NCBI GenBank assembly: GCA_043228905.1 | Contig: JBHGNT010000018.1 | Location: 12,338,001 to 12,402,000 of the forward strand | Source of the DNA: Azolla caroliniana | Lineage: Eukaryota; Plantae; Polypodiophyta | Reading direction: 5' to 3' | DNA length: 64,000 bases | Shown: piece after piece, positions 10,979 through 21,614 of the stretch | Layout: the number at the start of each line of letters is the position of its first letter | Position numbering within the stretch: position 1 is the first letter of the stretch | The notes under the pieces: generated by a model | What the model saw: only the letters and a program-made list of their open reading frames with translations | The model's database searches: none | What the model was told of the DNA's origin: nothing | Position numbers and translations under genes: made by a program

Positions 10979-13900
10979 TGAAGAGAAGAATGCGGAATAT
11001 TGCTCGGCTACAACTGAGTCTTGAATCGCTTCACTGAGAATGAAACACAGAAATGGGAAGTGAAGAGTACACAAAGGAAATACACAGGATGTTTACGTGG
11101 AAAACCCTAAATGGAAAAAAACCACGAGAGCCCACAGACTCCAACTATCACTATAAAAGAAAGGTACAATCAGAGCCTTGGAGGCAAAGACCTCGAGCTC
11201 TATATCTTCGCCAACCAGCGGTTACAACAAAGTATCGCTCTGTATCTCACTCTCTCTCTCTATACAACAATATGACAACAACCTAAGTGATTGCTCTAAG
11301 TCATATTTATACTTATATGAACTTAGGGCTATCTACAAATATAGCCTCAATAGGCTTACTCAAAACATATTTATAGATATGTCTTCTCTTCCAATTCTCA
11401 CCGGGTCTCCTTCGGTTTCCGGATCTCTTCCGGCTCTCACAGGGTCCTCTTTATTCATCACCGGATCCCATCCGGAGGGACCGATTTCCCAACAATCTCC
11501 CCTTTCACTCCGGCATGGGATGTCTTGTCAGCCCGATCCGCTTTCGGCACACGTCCAACTTGTCGGTTGTCAGGACCTTGGATACCATGTCTGACCCATT
11601 CTCCTCTGTGTGGATCTTCTTCAGCAAGAACTCTTGATCTTCTACTCTCTCTCGGATCCAGTGGTACCTCCGTTGGATATGTTTCATCCAAGAATGGTAG
11701 GCCATGTTCTTTGCAAAGTGGATGACACTTTGATTGTCGCAGTAGAGCCGGTATTCCTCCTGTTGGATTCCTAGCTCTCCGATGAAGTCCTTCATCCAGA
11801 TTATCTCCTTGCTGGCTTCTACAGCTACCATGTACTCCGCCTCCATGGTTGACAACACAACCATCTTGTGCAGCTTCGACTACCATGAAACAGCTCCCCC
11901 TGCATAAGTCATGACATATCCGGATGTAGACTAGTTGGTATCCGCATCAACCGACATATCCGAATCCGTGAATCCGTCAAGTTGAGGATTTTCGGAACCG
12001 AACTGGAGGCACATACTCAAGGTGCCTTTCTGATACCGGAGTATCCACTTGACCACGTTCCAATGTTCTCTTTCGGGATTGCACATGAACCGGCTCACCA
12101 CTCCGACTGCATATCCGATATTCGTCTAGGTACATACCATCGCGTACATCAAGCTTCCGATAGCAGAGGCATATGGAATCTTCATCATATCCGTCTTCTT
12201 TGCCTTTGTCCTCAGGCTTTGTTTTCCGGATAGCTTGCAGTTTTCCGAAAGTATCGATCCGACCGGCTTCGCCTTCGAATGTTGAACTGTTGAAACACCT
12301 TTGTCATATACTTCTCCTGTGACAACCACAACAACTTCTTCAACCGGGGTCCCGGATGATGTGCATCCCCAATATCTGTCTTGCGGGACCCAAGTCCTTC
12401 ATTGAGAAGGTTCGATTCAGAGCCTTCTTTAGCATCCGAATCTTGCCTTGGTCTCGTCTGACAATCAACATATCATCCACATATAGGAGGAGTATCAGGA
12501 AATCCCCTCCATCAAATTTCTTCACAAACACGTAGTGATCGGCCTACGTCTTGTGGTACCCTTGGTCAGTTATGAAGGAGTCGAACTTCAGGTACCATTG
12601 TCGAGGAGCTTGCTTCAGTCCGTATAAGCTCTTCTTCAGCCGGCACCCCAGGTGCTCCTTCCCTTTCTTCTCAAATCCTTCCGGTTGATGAATGTAGATC
12701 TCCTCTTCGAGGTCACCATGGAGGAATGTCGTCTTCACGTCCAATTGCTCTACCTCGAGGTCCATGCTTGCCATTATGCCCAATACCATCCAGATGGATG
12801 CCATCTTTACTACCGGGACAAAGATCTCATCGAAGTCCACTTCTTTCTTTTGCTAGAATCCCTTCACCACGATTCGGGCCTTGTACCTTGGTGGATTTCT
12901 TGTGTCTCCCGGTTTCAGCTTGTACAACCACTTGTTCCGGAGTGCTCTCTTCCCTTTCGGCAACTCCGTCAGTTCATATGTGTGGTTCTCATGCAGGGAA
13001 TCCAACTTGTCCTGCATGGCACTCAACCACTTGTGGCCGTGGGTGTCTCTCTTTGCTTCTTCGAAGCTTTCCGGCTCCCCCGGCATCCGGAAATCTCCCA
13101 GAGAGGATATCTCCATCCCTAGTTTTTGACTACCGGTTCCTCCGTCTGTTCTAAATCCGAATCCAATTCGGGATCTTGCCCGGTTCCGGTGTTTTCTTCT
13201 TCTTCTTCTTCTTCGTCTTCTTCAATCAGTTCGGTTTCTTGTCCGTAACCGACCGGTTGGTCGAGTGTCATCTGGTTACCACCTAACATCTGGTTTTCAA
13301 CCAAGTAGGTCCTTGTGTCCTTAGGACAGTTTTCATTGGATGATCCAAAGTTGATCATCTTCTTCTCCGACTCCCAGTCGGTAATGGTCCTATCTTCCAT
13401 GAAGATTATGTCCCAACTCCGGAACACCTTCTTGTCGACCAGATCCCACACCCGGTAACCGAACTCATCGTCGACGTAGCCAAGGAATATGCATAGCTAG
13501 GACTTCGGATCCAGCTTTGCTCTCTTGTCCTTTGCCACATGCACGCATGCGAGACACCCGAACACCTTCAAATGCCTGTAAGACACATCTTTACCGGTCC
13601 ATACTTTTTGAGGTGAGTCTCCTCCCAAGGGTACTGAGGGTGATGTGTTTATCACATAGATCGCCGTCATTAGCGCCTCAGCCCAAAATGTCTTGGGTAA
13701 CTTGGTATGTGTGAGCATGCTCTGGACTCTCTCCATTATGGTTTGATTCATCCTTTCGACCAGCCTGTTTAATTCAGGCATCTTCGACACGGTAAATTCA
13801 AGTCAGAATCCCTTCTCCGGTCCTGTGTCGGGTGGAACGACGCTCCGGAATCGACAACCCACGTTGTCTCGTCGCCGACAAGGCTTAACTCATTCTCTTT

Positions 13901-14498
13901 GGTAATGAGCATCAATTCTTCTTCACTTGTCGTGATCATCAACGTTCCCTTCCAATCCGGGCCTCTCCGGTCTGAACTCTTCTTCGAATCGGTGGTGCCA
14001 GTTTCTTTCTCTTTCGGGAAATGCCGATAGTTCTTCTAGAAGTGCCCCGGCTTCCCACAATAGAAGCAAGTAGGCCTCCGCTTTGACTTCGACCTCGTCC
14101 CTGACATGTCCCAGTTTTGGGGACTCCGATACCAGCCTCTTCCCCGGTTGTGGTCATCTTTCGTGACCAATGCCTTCGGATCGGTTCCGGACTCTTGGTC
14201 CTTCCAGCGAGCTTCTTCATCTAGCAGGCTTGATTTTACCCTTGCTCGGGACAACTACTTTCCTTCCGGTCCGGCGTTGCCCAACGTGAAAACTAACATC
14301 TCCCAACTATCCGGGAGGGAACCAAGCAAGAGTAGTGTGAGTACCTCATCGGCAAGAGGTACTTCCAATGAGTTTGCCTGATGGATCAATCCCTGGAATG
14401 CATTCATGTGCTCCGTCATACTAGAGCCATCCTGGTACCGTAGCTTCACTAGCTTCCAGAATACCGAAACCCAATTAACAACATTCTTGTTCTGGAAC
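10979..14498 (-). mobile_element. Ty1/copia element B2, 3' LTR plus body (its 5' LTR remnant is at 33312-33764)
   Basis: 3' LTR 10979-11494 and PPT GAGTGAAAGGGGAGA at about 11496-11510. RNase H 11864-11505; RT 13116-12126 (QLDVKTTFLHG, SLYGLKQAPRQW, LLYVDDM). Partial integrase 13790-13119 and gag 14498-13860. TSD CACTC/CACTG at 10974-10978 and 33765-33769. Confidence 0.88.
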
Positions 14499-14828
14499 TA
14501 TCATGATATGGCAAGAATCGAACCCATGACCTTATATTACATGGGTCGAATTCTTACCATTAGGTTATGTATTGTAATACGAAGGATATTACTTTCATTT
14601 AAGTTTTACTATAGAAAATTGATGTATATTCTAGATTTCTCTAGAACATTCTAAAAACTTCAAGAGTACTCCTCAAAACACTATAAAAGGAGGCACAAAG
14701 CATTATTTCGAACCAAATCGGTTCAACGTCAATCTTAAGCCTCATAGCGATTCTTGTACTTATTCTTCATATAATATAACATATCTTTTGTTATCATCAT
14801 TCTCCCTCTCTCTCGATCTCTCCCTCTC

Positions 14829-15466
14829 CGGTTGGATGCAATATTTAGAAAAATGGTTTGGTAGATGGGATGCAAGACACTTGCTTCATGATGCGTCACT
14901 AGATTCCTATGTAAATGAGGCCTTTTTGCAATGCCAATGTATCATGACATGGGACAAATGTGGTGGCTCATGCTTCACACATTATACTACAAATGTTGCA
15001 CCTAACTACAAAACCATATTCTTCGCGGAACGGGGAAGCTATACACATCAATACATGTTAGAGCCCATCCCAATATTTTCCATTCGAACCACTGCTTCCA
15101 TGCAACTTAGCTCGCACGATTGAATGTGAGACGAGGCGTTGGGGCACAAGTGATGAGAGTGGCCGACTATGCACACTTTGCCCTAAACAAGTTTGAGAGT
15201 CTGAGTATCACACTTTGATAAAATGCTCTGCCTTTGATCATATTCGACCATGCTTTCTACATCTCTTCGATCGAGCCCAATCCTTGCACAAATTTCTCTC
15301 ACAACCACGATGTGCAGTCTCAATTGCAACATTCATTGGTAAAGTTCTTGAACATTGAGAGTCGCTACTCACCTTCACATGTATCACGTGAAATGTAATA
15401 TTTTTGGTCTCATAGGTCATATTTGACCTCTGAAGACGATAATATAATCTATCTATCTATCTATCT
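14829..15466 (+). mobile_element. 5'-truncated LINE (RTEX-like) with (ATCT)n tail
   Basis: Near-identical to the 3' end of the LINE at 47353-47980. It has an (ATCT)n tail and a TSD of about 13 bp, ATCTCTCC(C/T)TCTC, at 14816-14828 and 15467-15479. Confidence 0.85.
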
Positions 15467-16441
15467 ATCTCTCCTTCTCTCGTGAGTTCTACACCCTTTT
15501 CTCTCTCTAATTACTAATTCGCATCTGTTAGTACTAATTCTCTCTCTTTCTTAGTGTTGTTCCTAATAGTTTGAACCAATTTTTTCTCCCTCATCCTCTT
15601 ATCCTCCATAGTAAAATGGCAACTGTTAGCACTCAAGAATACCAATATGTTCTATCAGAGCTCCAGTGCTTAAAAGAGAAGTTTGTAGCGCTAGAACAAG
15701 AAAATCACCGTTTGTTGGGGGATCTTCAACAAATAGCGCTAGAAAAACAACAACACGGGGAGCTAACGTTACATGTACAACAACTTAAAGAAACTATTAT
15801 ATCACTACAAGAACAAGGATCAAGCACTCAAGGGATTCACAAAGAACCCAAGATCGGTCTTCCTACAAAATTTGATGGGACCTGATCACAATTTAGAGGT
15901 TTTCTTAATCAGGTACGTTTAGTGATTCAAATGCATCCTTCTCGATATCCCACTGATGCATCACGAGTGGGACTAGTCGGCACTCTACTTAGTGGCACGG
16001 GTTTGGCATGGTTCACCCCCCTATTAGAAAAAAGCTCTCCCTTGTTAAATAATTTCGAAGAGTTTATTACCGAGTTTAAAGCCTATTTTGGAGATACCGA
16101 TAGTGTTAGGACGAAGATCAACAAAATCCGGAGATTGCGCTAAGGTGAGCGACCGGCCTCGGCTTATGTTGCGGATTTTCGTCTCCTTGCCACGGATATT
16201 CCCTGGGATGACCAAGCAGTAATGGAGCAATTTCGTTTTGGCCTACGTAATGATGGTAAGGATTTACTCTTAACCTTCCCCGAAGAGCCAAAGTCATTGA
16301 TAGAAGCAATCAGTCGCGCGATGCGATGCGACAACCGCCTTTTCGAATGACGTTCGGAACGTCAGTTCGAGATGCCAAGGATACCTATGCCTCAATGGTA
16401 GCAAAACCTTTTTCAAGGGAGTCATATCATGCGTCTCCAAC

Positions 16442-17078
16442 TATTGGGAGATAGGTCCCTCCAGATGGGAAGGGAGAAGAACAGTGCCGACGAACAATCG
16501 GATGAGGAGTACCCGGCTACGGAGAGCCGGATGATACAGACCCGGTGTGAACCGGATGAGGAGTACCCAGCTACGGAGAGCCGGATGATACAGACCCGGT
16601 GAAGACCGAATGAAGAGACATATTCGTAAATATGTTTCTGAGAGTCCATCAAGGCTATATTTGTAAATAGCCGAAAAGTCATATTAGTATAAATATGACT
16701 TAGGGCAAACTTTCATGCGTTGTAGTTGTTGTCATTTTCTTGTTGGTGCAAGAAGAGAGAGCGTGTAACAGTGTACAGGTTGAGAGAGAGAGAGAACGAG
16801 GTCGTTGCCTCTGTTGTAACCACCGCCTGTGGCGAAGATCATGAGCACGAGGTCATTGCCTCTGTGAACTCACTGTTTGTACATTCCAATATAGTGATAG
16901 TTTGCAGCCTGTGGGCTGCCGTGGTTTTTCCCTCAGTTTGGGTTTTCCACGTAAACATCCTGTCTACCTTTTTTTTTTCCTCTCCTTTGTGTTGTGCATT
17001 TGTTTCCCGTTTTCTGTGTATGAAAAGAATCTCGGTTGTGGCCGAGCGTTGGACATAAGGAGCGTTGAGTTCCCGTCA
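16442..17078 (+). mobile_element. Solo LTR of a copia family-B relative
   Basis: TATTGGGAGATAGGTCCCTCC...CCCGTCA with TSD CCAAC (16437-16441 and 17079-17083). It contains an internal tandem repeat of about 54 bp at 16499-16600. C1 gag resumes after it. Confidence 0.87.
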
Positions 17079-17199
17079 CCAACAAATACTCCAACTCCGA
17101 TGGAAATCGACACCACACGTCATCGCGGGCCATTATCGGAAGAGGAAAAACAATGAGGCCGAGCAAATCCACTATGTCTTTATTGTGGTGGACTAATCC

Positions 17200-18609
17200 A
17201 CCTATACTCCCTCATAAGTCACGATGATAAAACTGGCTATGTTCTTTGGCATAGCCGAGGGTCGAGGGTGTACTTGCATATACTCATGAAGCACACAAGC
17301 GACCTCTCGGAATAGAGTGTCCTCGCCGCCTTGCGTGCGGTACGCTTTACTGGCCAGGGAGTACTCACCGAAGAACTTTGTGAGCATCTCCGGTGAAGGG
17401 TTGTCGATCGAGAATAATCCGCCCTCCAGTAGGTCGGTCATGGGACGGATGGCCTCTTCTGTGATGACCTTTGTATCAATCTCGTGCATGACTTTTTGCG
17501 CCTCGCCATGTGGAGGTGCCTCGACGATTCTTATGAACCCTTCCAACCCGTGTTGCTTGAACCATTTCTTGGCCGCTTCCGAGACTACCATATGTTCCAT
17601 ATTGTCGTTTGAGTCTATGGGACTTCTTGCGCTCTATCTGTTCTTCTTGCGCTCGTCTGATCACTCTTAATCGGCTGTTTGCGCTTAGTGCTTTGTTCTC
17701 GTGAAATGAGAGGGACTCTGCGAGGCAGAGGTTTTGTCTCTCCATGCTTGGCACCTTTTGTCTCTCCATGCACGTCGTGTACTATTATAGCAGTCAGTTG
17801 ACACATGGTGGGCTTTTCAAGAGGCTTTAATTAGCCACCAACCCCATACCTTTCCAAAAGTGCCCGTTCAGTCCTCGCCTATGCATGATGATTTTTATTT
17901 TATTTTTTAGACAATTAAGCATTAGTCCCGGTTGTCTCATAACACTGGCTCCTCTTGGTTGCCGGCCAATTGCTTGCCGCTTCCGGTTACCGTGTCGGTC
18001 AGCACCTGATGGAATGGGTTTGGTGGCATGGGCCCATAATAGGGTTTAAGCCGGAACCCATTTACCCATTTGTCCAGTACTTCGCCGACAAGTGCGCCTA
18101 ATTGGTAAGAATCGTTGAATTCTCGTGTGATCCAGTATGGTCCGGTCCACTGGAATCGTAGCTTGCCTGGCATTTTACCCACCTGGGTCTGAAACAAGAG
18201 TACCGGTTTGCCGATTCTGAACAACTTTTCATTGCCCTTCCAGTGCTAGTCGACGAATGCCTTCCTTCGTCGCTGCTCCAGTCCCAACTTCATGATATTT
18301 GCTATCCGATGCTCTTCTAGCTCACATAATGCCGCCAATTGGATTTTTTCTGATTCCTTTTCACTCAGTCGCTCCCGGACTTGTATCCGTAAGCTCGGTA
18401 CTTGAAATTCAATTGGCATCACCGCTTCTAGTCCGAATGCTAACCGGAATGGTGTCGTCCTAATGCTTGTTTTATACGTCATCTGGTAAGCCCATAATGC
18501 ACTGTGCAATTTCGTGTCCCAATCGGTCCGGTTCTCGTTAACAATCTTCCAAAGGATGTTCTATAGTGTCTTGTTCGTGGACTCAGCCAGTCCATTGGAC
18601 TGCGGGTAG
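17200..18609 (-). mobile_element. Athila-like gypsy G2, 3' part: integrase C-terminus and start of the extra ORF
   Basis: SALWAYQMTYKT, then GKLRFQWTGPY (GPY/F motif). ORF 17600-17202 is homologous to 21614-21240. Truncated at about 17200. Confidence 0.87.
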
Positions 18610-19072
18610 TTTTATCGCTAGGGGCCGGACAATGGCCTAATATAGGGTATCTCCTTGAGACACTTCACCAAAGGGTGTTCGGTGAGATAGAGTTAGACCG
18701 ACTATTAACGGATCCTTAATGAGTTACTAGCGGCAATATCATTAGTCACAATACACGCGTAGTATAATTTACACTTAGCGCAGAACGGTAATTAACAATG
18801 ATTCAGATATAGAACAACACTCCTCTATTAATTATCCGCTAATGATTACAATCTAGCCGGCCCTTTTTATAGGTCTCTGGCTTTAGGTACAAACCGCTGC
18901 CAACCGGCAACCGGCAACTGGCTACCAACCGGTCCGGATCCGGATCGGCATACCGATTCCGTGTCCGTCTGTTCGTTTCTCAAATCATAATAATAAATAT
19001 ATAATTAGCTCCCGGCTATTAATTATCCCCTCGTTTCCCATTCTAGACTTCGCTTGTCGGCCGGCTAACACA

Positions 19073-19089
19073 TGGCACGCCCGTGGGAC
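19073..19089 (+). promoter_or_regulatory. Inward-facing tRNA-Arg(UCU)-like primer site at the PPT position of G1
   Basis: TGGCACGCCCGTGGGAC lies 2 nt from the 3' LTR. On the element's sense strand it reads GTCCCACGGGCGTGCCA, matching the recalled tRNA-Arg(UCU) end GTCCCACCGGGCGTGCCA minus one C. Confidence 0.7.
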
Positions 19090-19178
19090 AGTACCTTGTA
19101 CGTCGAATACAACTATCCGACCTTCATTCATCCTCCAAAATGTCCAAAATACTTTGATCCAAGGGTTATAATGGTTCC

Positions 19179-21614
19179 TCAGGAAGTTGTTCTGTCATCT
19201 GCGGTATCATCCAGGTGTGCCACCAACTGGTGTACCGCCACTCTCTGCTCATCCGCCAAATATAGGAAATCATCCGACAGTTCATCCTTTATTGTTTCAA
19301 TGCTTTCTCTATCCAGGATGTAAACTTTATCGCCTTCTTTCCGCCGGTTTTCCACATCTACCCGCAACAATTGTAGCTCGGCTACCTGCTTTGCCCACTT
19401 CGACCACCAATTGCTTTCTTTCACCAATTGCTTCATTCGATTCTTCCATGCTAGTACGATGTCCCGGATCTGCCCCAACCCCATCTTCGACTTGTTTTCT
19501 GTGGCCTGTTTTTCGTCCTTCAATTCTTTGATTAGGATTGCAATTGCCACTTCTTGGCTTTTGTAGTGCATGAGTTGGGTCTGATATGTCGTCTGAACTC
19601 TATTCAAAGCCATTGTAGCGCGCTTCATTTCTGCATGGTGCTACACTTGCAGGTCCAGTCGCTCTTTCGCTACTGCCACCAATTGTTTTGCTTGTTCGGC
19701 TTCCTTCGACTGCTCTTCTATCACTACCGCCGTCAACCGGTTAACCTCCTCCCGGAGTTCTCCCCACTTTTCCTATTGCCGGTCACTTTCAGTAGTCAAT
19801 TTCTTATGATCGGCATCCAAATGCTTATAATCCCAGTGCAGTCGGTCGAAGTCGTCGGTTTTCTGTTTGAGCTTTTGATTTATAAGCTGGCGAGCACGGT
19901 CCTCACGGTATTTTTGTTGCCGAAGCTCTTCTTTGAGGCGCTCAATCTCTACTTCTGCCATCCTCCGGAGTTTCTCTTTTTCTTGCATAAGTTTGTCTTT
20001 CTCTTCTTTCAGCCGGTCATACGCTTGATGACCTCTTCTCAGGCTTTCCTCTGTTCGGCGGAGGCTTTTGGCCGTTCTCCGTTGTTCCTCCTCCACCGCT
20101 TTTTTCCATTCTCATTCCCTGGCCCGTAAGGCTTCCTATGCTGCCAGGTCTTCCCTTGGTGTGGCGATCTCCTATGCTAACGAGACATGAGTATCTGGGC
20201 CCGCCGCCGTCACCGGGGTTTGGTCGATCTGTTGAGTTACCGGGGCCACTGGTTTTGATTGTTGTGGTCCTTCTATGACCAACTTGGCCATGGTTGTTCT
20301 GGCCTTCTCCATGTCTTCTTCCATGCTCCGGATTCTTGATCGGGCCATATCTAATTCCTCAGTTGTGGCTAGCAACTGGGCTTCCTGCGCTTGCTCTTCT
20401 AACTGGCTGACAACCCCAATCACTTGTTTTGCCACCCAATGGAGCCATCGACTGACGGTGCCTTCGGGTCTTGCCAGTTCTGGTGGTGGGATAGCGTTTC
20501 CACTGGTCACGAGCCTATTGACGGTTACGTCCCCTAGCCGCTCCCGTTCTGGTTGTTGTTGCTGTGGTAGTGATGCCGACAATTCAATGACCGGTTCTTG
20601 ATTCACCGGTACTGCCGTGTTTTGGACCGCCGGTTCTGCGATGTCCTGCCGCAGCCCTTGCTCCATCCTCGAGTCCTGTTGAGCCCGTTCTACCACCTTC
20701 CTCGATTGCGGCTCCTCCGGGGAGGGTTCCCGTCTACTGTCCTCCGTGAGCCTTGATGGTCCCCCTTCGTGGCCCTTTTCTCTTGTTTGGCGATGCCGTA
20801 GCAGCGTCTTGGTCACCTCGTCGTCCTGTTGCTCTTCTTCCAGGGTCTTGTTGCTGATTACCGCCGCCAAGAGGTCCTACCTCGGCGTTTTCTCCGGTTG
20901 CTGCTCTGCTTGATGTTCCGGCAAGCACAACTTGATTTTCAACGGTCTCCCCGAGGTGTCCATCGAGGCCTCCTGCTCTGCCAGCCGCTTCCGATTAGGC
21001 CGTTCCTTTGCCTGGGTAGGCAGGAGTTGTTGTCGTTTTGAAGCTGTTTTGGGGGTCGCTTCTATCGATCTTCCCCTCTTCCTTTGTTTTACGGGCTCCA
21101 ACAATGGTGTTAACAGTGTGAGCCATTGCGCCACTGTTGTCCACATCCTTTTGCCATCTTTTATCGAGACGATCGTAGCGCTCAGGCCGTCGGCAATCAT
21201 TACCGACCAATCCACCTGTACTCCCTCATAGGTGCCTATGATCAGACCAGCTCTATTCCTGGGCATCGCCGGGGGTCAGGGGTACACATGGCCATACTCG
21301 TGGAGTACCCGAGCAACTTCCCGAAACAAGAGATCTTCACCGCCTTGCGTTCGGTACGCCTTGCTACCCAAAGAATATTCCCCAAAATACCTCGCCAGCT
21401 GCTCCGGCGAAGGGTTGTCGATCGAGTATATTCCTCCTTCCGGTAGGCCGGTCATGGCTCGGATGGCCTCCTCGGTGATGACCTCTGTGTCAATGTTTTT
21501 AACAACATTTTCCGCGTCTCCATGTGGCGGTGCTTCGACTATCCGCAAGAATCTCTCCAAACCGTGTTGCTTCAGCCATTTCTTAGCCGCTTCTGAGAGT
21601 ACCATGCATTCCAT
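19179..21614 (-). pseudogene. Extra ORF downstream of pol in G1 (about 811 aa; globular N-terminus, long coiled-coil C-terminus), broken by in-frame stops
   Basis: ORF pieces 21614-21276, 21266-20877, 20870-20172, 20096-19773 and 19628-19179 all lie in one frame. The N-terminus is conserved in G2 (17600-17202). Confidence 0.8.

Larger units (their letters stand above)
14499..17197 (+). mobile_element. Ty3/gypsy chromovirus-like (Tcn1/Tf1-type) element C1: LTR plus gag, 3' truncated
   Basis: LTR 14499-15568 (interrupted by a LINE) with TATA at 14682. Gag starts at ATG 15616 and contains EPKIGLPTKFDG, AWFTPLLE and PMEIDTTRHRGPLSEEEK...LCLYCGG. A homologous copy is at 63408-64000. Confidence 0.82.

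Noticed and set aside
19554-20129. Long plus-strand hydrophobic ORF and similar antisense ORFs over the retroelements
   Set aside because: Shadow ORFs produced by the purine-rich coding sequence on the opposite strand.
19179-21614. Envelope gene of a plant retrovirus
   Set aside because: No signal peptide or convincing transmembrane segment; the C-terminal half is a charged coiled coil.
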